A stretch of 44,474 bases of DNA from an uncultured Rhizobiaceae bacterium (lineage in GTDB: Bacteria; Pseudomonadota; Alphaproteobacteria; Rhizobiales; Rhizobiaceae): positions 1 to 44,474 of the forward strand of contig CAZXZQ010000001.1 in NCBI GenBank assembly GCA_964645215.1, given 5' to 3'. Of this stretch, positions 30,453 through 40,947 are shown piece after piece (the stretch's first letter is position 1; each line of letters begins with the position of its first letter). The position numbers were made by a program, and so were the translations under genes. The notes under the pieces were generated by a model that saw only the letters and a program-made list of their open reading frames with translations, was not told the DNA's origin and did not search any database.

Positions 30453-30506
30453 TAGCTTTGAATAAATCACCAATATTGTGATGTTGTTTTAGGGAATTTC
30501 AGTTTC

Positions 30507-30851
30507 GTGCTTACACAAAGACAATCAGAGGTTATGTCACTTAAATCAGTGGGCAAGACGAATAAGGAGATTGCTTCTGAGTTGGGTGTAAATGAATCAA
30601 CTGTACAAGAACATGTTCAATCGGTTGTTAAGAAGCTTGGCGCAGTAAACGCCACCCATTGTGTGACAATGTTTGCAAGACAAAGGCTTGCTGATCGATT
30701 GCGCGACAGTGGGCTTGAGGAAACCTTGCGCGCCTTCATCAAAGAACAGACAGGCCAAGACTCGCTTGATGATATTACATTCAATGACGGTTTAACTGAA
30801 ATCATCGATTATATTGATGAGGTGCTTAAGCGGGTGGAAAACGATGATTGA
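30507..30851 (+). CDS. small LuxR/GerE-type HTH protein with the HTH at the N-terminus and an acidic C-terminal tail
   Basis: 114 aa. The GTG start is the first canonical start codon after the in-frame stop at 30459, with AGGGA 11 nt upstream. LTQRQSEVMSLKSVGKTNKEIASELGVNESTVQEHVQSVVKKLGAVN is a GerE-type HTH. No receiver or autoinducer-binding domain is present. Confidence 0.8.
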   Translation: MLTQRQSEVMSLKSVGKTNKEIASELGVNESTVQEHVQSVVKKLGAVNATHCVTMFARQRLADRLRDSGLEETLRAFIKEQTGQDSLDDITFNDGLTEIIDYIDEVLKRVENDD

Positions 30852-31320
30852 ATATTCTTCCGAAACGCTTTCTCCGGATAGGCTCTGTCGCTCTAAGTTC
30901 CAAATCATAACTAAACTGCATGACTATATTTCCCAGAACAAGTCTGTAATTGATATGGAATTTGCAGAATATTTCCCATATTTGACAATATGCAAACCGA
31001 CTCCATCTTTTGATCTTGCTCCACCGATATTGCTTATGGGACAGAAATCTGATCAGCGGAAACTATTTGAATTACATTACGGCGATGACGCATTTACATC
31101 AGGACGAACACCAGATGATGAATTGGAAAGGCTTGCTGCATACGGTTATGAGTATGCCTTTGAGAATGGTGTGTTTTGTCAGGAATGCGAGGCACTGGTT
31201 CGGTTCCCAACCGGAGAAAAATTAATAACGTTTGTTCGGTATATGGCCAGGTATCAAGACCCCGGTGGTCGTGTGCTCATTGCATACGCAGCAAGCCTGC
31301 TAAACCAAACTTTGCAATAA
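30844..31320 (+). CDS. orphan 158-aa protein, translationally coupled to the LuxR-type gene
   Basis: The ATG at 30844 overlaps the upstream stop (ATGATTGA) and has GGTGGA about 5 nt upstream. I recognise no family with confidence. The order of helix and strand segments loosely recalls the alphaproteobacterial PAS_5/DUF1457 type. Confidence 0.55.
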   Translation: MIEYSSETLSPDRLCRSKFQIITKLHDYISQNKSVIDMEFAEYFPYLTICKPTPSFDLAPPILLMGQKSDQRKLFELHYGDDAFTSGRTPDDELERLAAYGYEYAFENGVFCQECEALVRFPTGEKLITFVRYMARYQDPGGRVLIAYAASLLNQTLQ

Positions 31321-31975
31321 CCCAAGCATTTCTGGCGAGCCCGGCTCGATCAAGAGCAACAAGATAGTCGTCAGCCCTGATCTCTTTTGGCGGTTTAATC
31401 CAGTGCGTACCAATAGGCGCTTTGTGGTTATATCCAAATCTCGTTGAAAATCCTTTCTCAGCCATGTTCCGTTTATCAATGAAACCATAGATCCAATCCG
31501 GTTTCCATTTGATCTCGGCATAGAAGAAAGATTGAAGAGCAATTGATGTAGAAAGTGCATCAACGCCGCGAAAGTCAGATATGAGAAATAGGTCTCCGCC
31601 GTATACAATTTTACCTTTCATTTGTGTTGCGAGATCAGGTTGATGGTGACCGATTTTGCCTCCTCCGTAGGCGATCTGTTGTTGGCCATGGCACCAAATT
31701 GAAGCAAGATCAGTTTTGTAATAATCATCAAAACGTAAGGCGTGAATGCAAATCGTTTTGCCCTTGTGTTTCCACTCGAGCCAGAACGAGTTTTCACTAT
31801 GTAGGAGTGTCCTCTTATGGTCGAATTGACCGGAACATTTCCTCCCGGAAAGTTTCCGCATCAATTTCTTAAATTGTTTAAAATCGTGATGTTGTATGGT
31901 TTCGATTTCTAAATCGATCAAATGTCTTTGGATAAATGTAATTGCACCAGCTAGATCATTTTCGAGAATTTCCAT
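31277..31975 (-). CDS. orphan 233-aa protein with a GNAT-like C-terminal pattern
   Basis: The ATG at 31975 lies 9 nt after a GGGGGG run; the track start at 32014 has no SD. The segment KIVYGGDLFLISDFRGVDALSTSIALQSFFYAEIKWKPDWIYGFIDKRNMAEKGFSTRFGY reads like the beta4-alpha3-beta5-alpha4 part of an acyltransferase fold. Its 3' end overlaps the convergent 158-aa ORF by 44 nt. Confidence 0.5.
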   Translation of the reverse strand: MEILENDLAGAITFIQRHLIDLEIETIQHHDFKQFKKLMRKLSGRKCSGQFDHKRTLLHSENSFWLEWKHKGKTICIHALRFDDYYKTDLASIWCHGQQQIAYGGGKIGHHQPDLATQMKGKIVYGGDLFLISDFRGVDALSTSIALQSFFYAEIKWKPDWIYGFIDKRNMAEKGFSTRFGYNHKAPIGTHWIKPPKEIRADDYLVALDRAGLARNAWVIAKFGLAGLLRMQ

Positions 31976-32088
31976 TAAACCATACCCCCCAATTTGATGG
32001 AAAATAACTATCATAATCTGACTTACGCCAACACTGCTATTTTCTTGGATATGTTGCTTTGGGGATATTGTTGTTGTCTAGCTTACCG

Positions 32089-33501
32089 TCAAACCCCGGT
32101 CCCACCTACCGTTACTTGATCCATACGCAATGTTGGTTGGCCAACGCCTACTGGAACGCTTTGCCCTTGCTTGCCGCACATGCCGATGCCAGTGTCGAGC
32201 GCCATGTCATTGCCAACCATCGCAATGCGCTGCATGGCTTCTGGGCCAGAGCCGATTAGGTTAGCACCTTTCAGCGGACGCCCAACTTTACCATTCTTGA
32301 TTTCATAAGCTTCTGTACAATCAAACACAAACTTGCCGGACGTGATGTCAACCTGACCGCCACCGAAGGATACCGCGTAAATGCCGTCTTTAACGGATTC
32401 CAGAATTTCCTGTGGGTCATGCTCGCCGGATTTCATATAGGTATTGGTCATGCGGGGCATTGGTTGGTGCGCGTAGGATTGACGACGACCATTGCCTGTT
32501 GATTCAACGCCCATTAGGCGCGCGTTCTGGCGATCCTGCATATAGCCCACTAGAATACCATCTTCGATCAGAACTGTATCGTTTGTTGGTGTGCCTTCAT
32601 CATCAATCGAGAGCGATCCGCGACGTGCGTCAATCGTGCCATTGTCCACAACGGTGACACCTTTGGAGGCGACTTGTTTGCCCATAAGCTCGGAGAAAGC
32701 AGAAGTTTTCTTGCGGTTAAAATCCCCCTCAAGGCCATGGCCCACGGCTTCATGCAACATTACACCTGGCCATCCGGCGCCAAGCACGACATCGAATGTA
32801 CCAGCAGGGGCGGGGACTGCTTCCAAATTTACGAGCGCCATTCGTAGTGCTTCATCCACGCCACCTTGCCATGCGTCTTGCGTGATGAACTCACCAAAAC
32901 CTGAGCGCCCGCCAAAACCAAAGCTGCCGGATTCTTGTCTGTCACCTTCACCCACAATCACATTAATGCCCATGCGGACAAGCGGACGAACGTCACGAAC
33001 GAAATGCCCATCTGCGCGTAAGATTTCGACAATTTGCCAAGAGCCGGCAAGCGAGACTGTTACCTGACGCACGCGCTCATCTAAATTGCGGGCATGTGCG
33101 TCGATTGTTTCAAGCAGTTTAACCTTGTCTTCAAATGAAGGCGCAAGAATAGGGTTTTCTTCAGAATAGAGTTTGCGGTTTGTGCCTTTGGGTGCGCTTG
33201 CATATGTTCCACCGCGGCCACTTTGGACAGAGCGAACGGCATCACATGCGCGTTTAAGGCCTGCTTCGCTCATGTCGCCTGAATGGGAATATGCGGAAAT
33301 TTCACCAGAAACGGCACGAAGGCCAAAACCCTGACTTGTATTAAATGTACCGGTTTTCAATTTTCCATTATCAAAAACCAATGCTTCCATTTCAGCATAT
33401 TCTGTGAACAGTTCTCCATCATCAGCCTGGCCAACGCTGTCATTGATCATGCGTTCAATTTGAGTGCGGTCGATGTCAAACTGGTCGAGAAGATTATCCA
33501 T
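32089..33501 (-). CDS. tldD: metalloprotease TldD
   Basis: 470 aa with HEAVGHGLEGDF and full-length TldD/PmbA character. Confidence 0.95.
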   Translation of the reverse strand: MDNLLDQFDIDRTQIERMINDSVGQADDGELFTEYAEMEALVFDNGKLKTGTFNTSQGFGLRAVSGEISAYSHSGDMSEAGLKRACDAVRSVQSGRGGTYASAPKGTNRKLYSEENPILAPSFEDKVKLLETIDAHARNLDERVRQVTVSLAGSWQIVEILRADGHFVRDVRPLVRMGINVIVGEGDRQESGSFGFGGRSGFGEFITQDAWQGGVDEALRMALVNLEAVPAPAGTFDVVLGAGWPGVMLHEAVGHGLEGDFNRKKTSAFSELMGKQVASKGVTVVDNGTIDARRGSLSIDDEGTPTNDTVLIEDGILVGYMQDRQNARLMGVESTGNGRRQSYAHQPMPRMTNTYMKSGEHDPQEILESVKDGIYAVSFGGGQVDITSGKFVFDCTEAYEIKNGKVGRPLKGANLIGSGPEAMQRIAMVGNDMALDTGIGMCGKQGQSVPVGVGQPTLRMDQVTVGGTGV

Positions 33502-33609
33502 AAAAAAGCTCCAGATATAATTATGCTACCAATAGCATGTCATGAACGTATGCCAAGCGTAATTCGAATATGGATAAATAGTGTTTGCAGTATTAGTGTG
33601 AAGCGCGGA

Positions 33610-34119
33610 TCACGGAATTTTTGAATAGCCGTCTGAAAATCCTGCAAGGTCCACAGGAAAGCCAATGCCTTCTTCTGGTGTCTGAAACACGATAAGCGTG
33701 GCTGTATTGCCTTTTTGAAGAGACTTTAAAAGGTCACCTGCTAAAGCCACTTCTATATAACAGCCATCTTTAAAGCAGCGCACAAAATACGCACGGCCAA
33801 AATCTTTACCATCTATGCTAAGGCCCACGCCAAATGGAAGAAGAACGCCAAGCGGTGCCTGAACACGTAAAAACTCCTTCTTACGATCTGCAGTTCTAAG
33901 GGCAACAACTGTAAGACCTAATTCTGGTCTATTGTCTGAAACCAATATTTGCATCAAGGCACATTGTTCTGATGCCGCACCTGGAGGCGTATCGCAGACC
34001 ATAGACCATGCGCCATGTGATGATTTTACGGCGCCTTGTGATAAAGCATCGCTTGAATTTGATATTGAAATCCCAATAATTACTAGGATTGCAAACAAAC
34101 CTTTGGATAAAAGCTGCAT
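33610..34119 (-). CDS. invasion-associated locus B (IalB) family protein
   Basis: It has a signal peptide (MQLLSKGLFAILVIIGISIS) followed by W.M.CD....CALMQ and C....GC patterns typical of IalB. It sits upstream of coxB, as in Rhizobiales. The ATG at 34119 lies 7 nt after GGGGA. Confidence 0.8.
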   Translation of the reverse strand: MQLLSKGLFAILVIIGISISNSSDALSQGAVKSSHGAWSMVCDTPPGAASEQCALMQILVSDNRPELGLTVVALRTADRKKEFLRVQAPLGVLLPFGVGLSIDGKDFGRAYFVRCFKDGCYIEVALAGDLLKSLQKGNTATLIVFQTPEEGIGFPVDLAGFSDGYSKIP

Positions 34120-34502
34120 TTTAGTTCCCCGAATCATCTGTTATTTTTGCCATTTTGAAACAAAAATTGCCAATCAAAATCGCATCACCATAAAAATACG
34201 TCAAAATCTGCTTGGGTAAGCGAGGTCTAAGCCTAGGTTTTACGTTGAGAAACCCCTGTAAATTGCGTTTTAATATGCTCAAATAGTCGGAGAAACATGG
34301 TTCACGTGCAAATTTGCCGCATCGAATTGAACAACCATATATTGCGGTTGAGGTCAGTATGTGGTTTTAGTCTCTCAACTATTGGGCATTGTGCAATTTT
34401 CTAATTGCATTTTATGGCAAATTTTCGCATCTGAGGGTATTAAGGAAAAAAGTTTGGGGCAGCCTGAACTTTAGAATACCTAGACTAGACAGGAGAATAT
34501 TG

Positions 34503-37011
<2,509 letters not shown>

Positions 37012-37023
37012 TCAAATTCTGTG

Positions 37024-37041
37024 AGCCGCTTACGAGCGGCT
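37024..37041 (+). other. intercistronic GC-rich hairpin between ctaD and ctaB
   Basis: AGCCGC-ttacga-GCGGCT starts 13 nt after the ctaD stop and is followed by TACGTATTT. It covers the GTG used by the ORF track for ctaB. Confidence 0.35.
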
Positions 37042-37074
37042 TACGTATTTCAATTGATTGGTCGAGTTAGTAAA

Positions 37075-38007
37075 ATGACAATGGCAACAGCAAATAACGA
37101 ACAGGACGCAAACTTGGTATCAACTGCCATGCCTGCGGACTATTATCGTTTGATGAAGCCACGCGTCATGTATCTTGTCATCTTTACTGCCGTTATAGGC
37201 ATGCTGATGGCGCCGGGTTCTATCAACCCAATTATCGCCTGTCTTGCAATTTTATGTATATCCATTGGCGCTGGTGCATCTGGTTCACTGAACATGTGGT
37301 ATGATGCGGATATCGATGTTGTCATGGCAAGAACATCAGATCGTCCTATTCCCGGTGGTCGCGTTCTTCCAAAAGAAGCACTTACATTTGGTCTTGTTCT
37401 ATCGTTCTTCTCAGTCATTATGCTTGGGCTATTGGTAAATTACCTTTCAGCATTTTTACTCGCTTTCACGATCTTCTTTTACGCAGTCATCTACACAATG
37501 TGGTTGAAACGCTCGACACCGCAGAACATTGTTATTGGTGGTGCAGCGGGTGCGTTCCCGCCAATGATTGGCTGGGCTGCCGTAACAGGAACCGTTAGCA
37601 TTGAGAGCATTGTTCTTTTCGCCATTATCTTTTTATGGACCCCACCGCACTTTTGGGCGCTGGCGTTATTCCGCTTGAAAGATTATGAAAATGCAAGTGT
37701 GCCGATGATGCCAAATGTGGCTGGCGAGAAATCCACTCGCAATCAGATTTTTGGGTATTCAATCCTGCTTGCAATTTCGGGTGTTCTGCCTGCCGTTATG
37801 GGTTTTGCATCACTTGGATATGGTATCGTTGCAACAGCACTGTGCGCTTACTTTGTTTGGTGCGCATATAAGGTTTGGAGTGAAGGCAGCGAAGAAAATA
37901 ATTTTGCCCATGAAAAACGTTTGTTTGGATATTCAATTGTGTTCCTATTCGCATTGTTTGCGAGCTTGGGCATTGATGCCATCTTTATGAAATGGGTGCT
38001 TGTATAA
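37075..38007 (+). CDS. ctaB: heme o synthase (protoheme IX farnesyltransferase)
   Basis: A polytopic UbiA-superfamily protein with [34 protein letters not shown] and [11 protein letters not shown] chose the ATG at 37075; ATG 37081 and GTG 37021 are alternatives. Confidence 0.92.
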   Translation: MTMATANNEQDANLVSTAMPADYYRLMKPRVMYLVIFTAVIGMLMAPGSINPIIACLAILCISIGAGASGSLNMWYDADIDVVMARTSDRPIPGGRVLPKEALTFGLVLSFFSVIMLGLLVNYLSAFLLAFTIFFYAVIYTMWLKRSTPQNIVIGGAAGAFPPMIGWAAVTGTVSIESIVLFAIIFLWTPPHFWALALFRLKDYENASVPMMPNVAGEKSTRNQIFGYSILLAISGVLPAVMGFASLGYGIVATALCAYFVWCAYKVWSEGSEENNFAHEKRLFGYSIVFLFALFASLGIDAIFMKWVLV

Positions 38008-38177
38008 TGGCTGAGAGCAAATACACAGGCGAGATGGTTGAATTGACGCCGGAGCAGAAGAAGGCTCAGCGCGCTCGCAATATCGCCATTGCAGTAATCC
38101 TTGTGGCATTTTGTGTACTGTTATTTTTAGGCACATTAGCCAAACTTGGGTCAAACCTTTACGAACGCGCGCTTTAG
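38007..38177 (+). CDS. small single-TM protein in the conserved position between ctaB and ctaG
   Basis: 56 aa from an ATG that overlaps the ctaB stop (TAATG). It has a basic stretch (KKAQRARN) followed by one TM helix (IAIAVILVAFCVLLFLGTL). Confidence 0.55.
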   Translation: MAESKYTGEMVELTPEQKKAQRARNIAIAVILVAFCVLLFLGTLAKLGSNLYERAL

Positions 38178-38189
38178 GAGAAACGTTTT

Positions 38190-38813
38190 ATGTCAACAGC
38201 AATGCAACACAGAACTGATACAGAGCGCAGCAATGCGCGCGTTGTATTTATGTGTCTAGGCATGGTGTTTGGCATGGCTGGTTTGGCATATGCTTCCGTC
38301 CCGCTATATCAGCTTTTCTGTCAGGTAACTGGATATGGTGGCACAACGCAGCGTGTTGAAACAGTCGCTGGTGTTCCTGTAATCGACCGTGCAATGAACG
38401 TTCGTTTTGATGCCAATACCGCTTCTTCGTTAAACTGGGAATTCAAACCTGTTAAACGAGAAGTTGAGGTAAAGCTCGGCGAGCAAATGATCGTAAATTA
38501 CGTTGCTAAGAATAATTCTGACAAGCCGATTGTTGGAATGGCGACCTTTAACGTAACGCCGCAAGCAGTTGGTGCATATTTTAACAAAATCGAATGTTTC
38601 TGTTTTACGGACACTTATATTGAACCTGGTGGCACGCTTGAAATGCCGGTCTCGTTCTTCGTAGATCCAGAGCTTGATTTAGAACGCGAATTTAAACACA
38701 TCAAAACCATTACGCTTTCATATACTTTCTATCAAAGTGATACGGATGCGACAGAATTATCCAGTGTTCAAAAGTCTGATTTGACTGGCGAAACTGAAGA
38801 AAAGAAATTATAA
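38190..38813 (+). CDS. ctaG: cytochrome c oxidase assembly protein CtaG/Cox11
   Basis: 207 aa with VPLYQLFCQVTGYGGT and the copper-binding KIECFCF motif. Confidence 0.93.
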   Translation: MSTAMQHRTDTERSNARVVFMCLGMVFGMAGLAYASVPLYQLFCQVTGYGGTTQRVETVAGVPVIDRAMNVRFDANTASSLNWEFKPVKREVEVKLGEQMIVNYVAKNNSDKPIVGMATFNVTPQAVGAYFNKIECFCFTDTYIEPGGTLEMPVSFFVDPELDLEREFKHIKTITLSYTFYQSDTDATELSSVQKSDLTGETEEKKL

Positions 38814-38855
38814 GGTACAAAAGTTCGGGCAACCGAAGAAAATCAGGAGAATACC

Positions 38856-39740
38856 ATGGCTGACGGTCATAACGTAAACCACGATTATCATATTATTGAT
38901 CCAAGTCCTTGGCCTTTAATTGGGTCTATGGGTGGCCTATTAATGGCAATCGGTGGCATATCTTATATGCGCGATCTGGCAGGCGATGACATGACATTGC
39001 TAGGCGCTAATTTGGCACCTGCAGGTCTATGGATATTGCTATTTGGCTTTGCAGTTGTGCTTTATACAATGTTTGCTTGGTGGTCTGATACGGTTAAAGA
39101 AAGTCATCAGGGTCATCATACGCCGGTTGTTTCTCTTCACCTGCGCTATGGCATGATTATGTTTATTGCATCTGAAGTCATGTTCTTCGTGGCTTGGTTC
39201 TGGGCATTCTTTGACGCAAGCCTATTTCCGGGCGAAGCTGCACAAGTTGCACGTGTTGAACACACCGGTGGCGTATGGCCTCCTCAAGGTATTGAAGTGC
39301 TAGACCCTTGGCATCTACCATTGTTCAATACGATTATCTTGCTGCTATCTGGCACGACAGTTACTTGGGCGCACCATGCATTGATTGAAAATGACCGCAA
39401 AACGTTGAAATGGATGCTTTTCATCACTGTGCTGCTTGGCATTCTCTTCAGCTATGTACAGGGTTACGAATATGCGCATGCACCATTTGCATTCTCAGAA
39501 TCGATTTATGGTGCAACCTTCTTTATGGCAACGGGCTTCCATGGCTTCCATGTTCTAGTTGGTACAATCTTCCTCATCGTATGTTTACTACGTGCTATGG
39601 CTGGTCACTTCAGACCAGAAAAGCATTTTGGTTTTGAAGCTGCTGCTTGGTATTGGCACTTTGTTGACGTTGTATGGTTGTTCTTGTTCTGTGCAATTTA
39701 CGTTTGGGCAAGTTGGGGCGCAGCAATAGCGGCGCACTAA
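38856..39740 (+). CDS. ctaE: cytochrome c oxidase subunit III
   Basis: 294 aa with HDYHIIDPSPWP, ATGFHGFHVLVGT and WYWHFVDVVWLFL. Confidence 0.95.
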   Translation: MADGHNVNHDYHIIDPSPWPLIGSMGGLLMAIGGISYMRDLAGDDMTLLGANLAPAGLWILLFGFAVVLYTMFAWWSDTVKESHQGHHTPVVSLHLRYGMIMFIASEVMFFVAWFWAFFDASLFPGEAAQVARVEHTGGVWPPQGIEVLDPWHLPLFNTIILLLSGTTVTWAHHALIENDRKTLKWMLFITVLLGILFSYVQGYEYAHAPFAFSESIYGATFFMATGFHGFHVLVGTIFLIVCLLRAMAGHFRPEKHFGFEAAAWYWHFVDVVWLFLFCAIYVWASWGAAIAAH

Positions 39741-39759
39741 ATTTGCTGAAAAACTAATC

Positions 39760-39788
39760 AAAAGGCGGTCGTTTTGGCCGCCTTTTTT
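39760..39788 (+). terminator. rho-independent terminator after ctaE
   Basis: AAAAGGCGGTC-gtttt-GGCCGCCTTTTTT forms a 7-bp GC-rich stem (one G-U pair) that A/T pairing can extend, followed by a T6 run. It starts 20 nt after the ctaE stop. Confidence 0.85.
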
Positions 39789-39829
39789 ATTTATGGTGAT
39801 GACCAAGACAAACGTGAAACCAATCACTC

Positions 39830-40216
39830 ATGGCAAAACAAACAGAATATAAAAATCCATCACCATTGCATGTTGGTATTTTTGCCTGTTGTCCGCAATG
39901 TGGAAAGGGCAAGCTGTATTCGGGCATCTTGATGCCAGCAATTGAATGCAATGTGTGTGAGCTTGATTATGGATTTATTGATTCAGGAGATGGACCAGCC
40001 GTATTTGTTATTTTGATCATCGGCTTCGTGATCACTGGTTTAGCCATGTTTGTTCAAAACAACTTTTCCCCGCCTTGGTGGGTGCATGTTATGCTTTGGT
40101 TACCAACCATAATTATTGCATCAATCTGGGCATTGCGTTTTGCCAAAAGTATTATGATTGCATTGCAGTTTAAAACAAATGCTGAACAGGCGGTTCTGAA
40201 TAGGGAGAATATGTAA
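39830..40216 (+). CDS. DUF983 domain-containing membrane protein
   Basis: 128 aa with a zinc-ribbon-like pair (CPQCGKGKLY...CNVCELDY), then GDGPAVFVILIIGF and two TM helices. It is in the conserved position upstream of SURF1. Confidence 0.8.
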   Translation: MAKQTEYKNPSPLHVGIFACCPQCGKGKLYSGILMPAIECNVCELDYGFIDSGDGPAVFVILIIGFVITGLAMFVQNNFSPPWWVHVMLWLPTIIIASIWALRFAKSIMIALQFKTNAEQAVLNRENM

Positions 40217-40947
40217 TGCGGCTCTCAACACTCATCATTATATTCTGCATGGGAGCAGGGCTTACAGTTTTATGTTCTTTGGGTAGCTGGCAAGTTCAGA
40301 GGTTATACTGGAAAGAGGCTTTGATTGAGCGAGTAAACTCCAGAGTTAAGTTAGAGCCTGTTCCTCTTAATGACGTTGTTCGTGGTGATATAACGCGCGA
40401 TGATCACGAATATACGCCTGTTATGGTTAGTGGTGAATTTAATTATAAAAAAGAAGTTTACTTTTTCACGACAGACAAAAAAGGTGCGTCTGGATGGAAC
40501 GTACATTCACCAATGAAATTGGACGATGGCAAGGTATTAATTGTCAATCGAGGCTTTATTTATTTTAGTGAAAAAAACAATCAAGAGCGGCTGCAAGCAA
40601 TTGTTCCTACACGCCAGAATATTGAGGGTTTAATCCGTGTCCCATCCATAACAAAGCCTGGCTCATTACCAGATAATGTACCTCAAAAGAGTGAGTTTTA
40701 TTGGCGGGATTTACCAGCGATTTATGATGCAATGGATGTTCCGTCTGCTGAGAGGTTGCCAATAATTTTAGACATGAATGAAATCGCTGTGCCTGAGGGC
40801 TGGCCAAAAGGTAGTACAACCATTATCTCTTTTACAAATAACCATTTAGGATATGCCATTACCTGGTTTGGTTTGGCTTTAACGCTTTTGGGTGTTGGTG
40901 GTTTCTTTTTATATTCACGTGCTCGGGTGGCAAATAAAAATGGATAA
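40216..40947 (+). CDS. SURF1 family cytochrome oxidase biogenesis protein
   Basis: 243 aa with N- and C-terminal TM helices, [20 protein letters not shown], and [14 protein letters not shown]. Confidence 0.88.
   Translation: MRLSTLIIIFCMGAGLTVLCSLGSWQVQRLYWKEALIERVNSRVKLEPVPLNDVVRGDITRDDHEYTPVMVSGEFNYKKEVYFFTTDKKGASGWNVHSPMKLDDGKVLIVNRGFIYFSEKNNQERLQAIVPTRQNIEGLIRVPSITKPGSLPDNVPQKSEFYWRDLPAIYDAMDVPSAERLPIILDMNEIAVPEGWPKGSTTIISFTNNHLGYAITWFGLALTLLGVGGFFLYSRARVANKNG

Noticed and set aside
32591-33067. A 158-aa + strand ORF inside tldD.
   Set aside because: It is an antisense shadow frame with a Pro/Ser/Thr-rich translation.
33283-34219. The + strand ORFs 33283-33624 and 33932-34219, which overlap the tldD 5' end, the IalB gene and the spacers.
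   Set aside because: They are antisense to recognisable genes and have no start signals.
34297-34404. A 35-codon uORF (MVHVQICRIELNNHILRLRSVCGFSLSTIGHCAIF) in the coxB leader, preceded by GGAG.
   Set aside because: The SD-to-ATG spacing is only about 4 nt, there is no independent support, and ORFs of this size arise by chance in 365 bp. It is mentioned here only in case conservation is found.
34389-34502. The 38-codon N-terminal extension of coxB used in the ORF track.
   Set aside because: The internal ATG at 34503 has an AGGAGA SD and begins a proper signal peptide. The extension has no SD and an implausible sequence.
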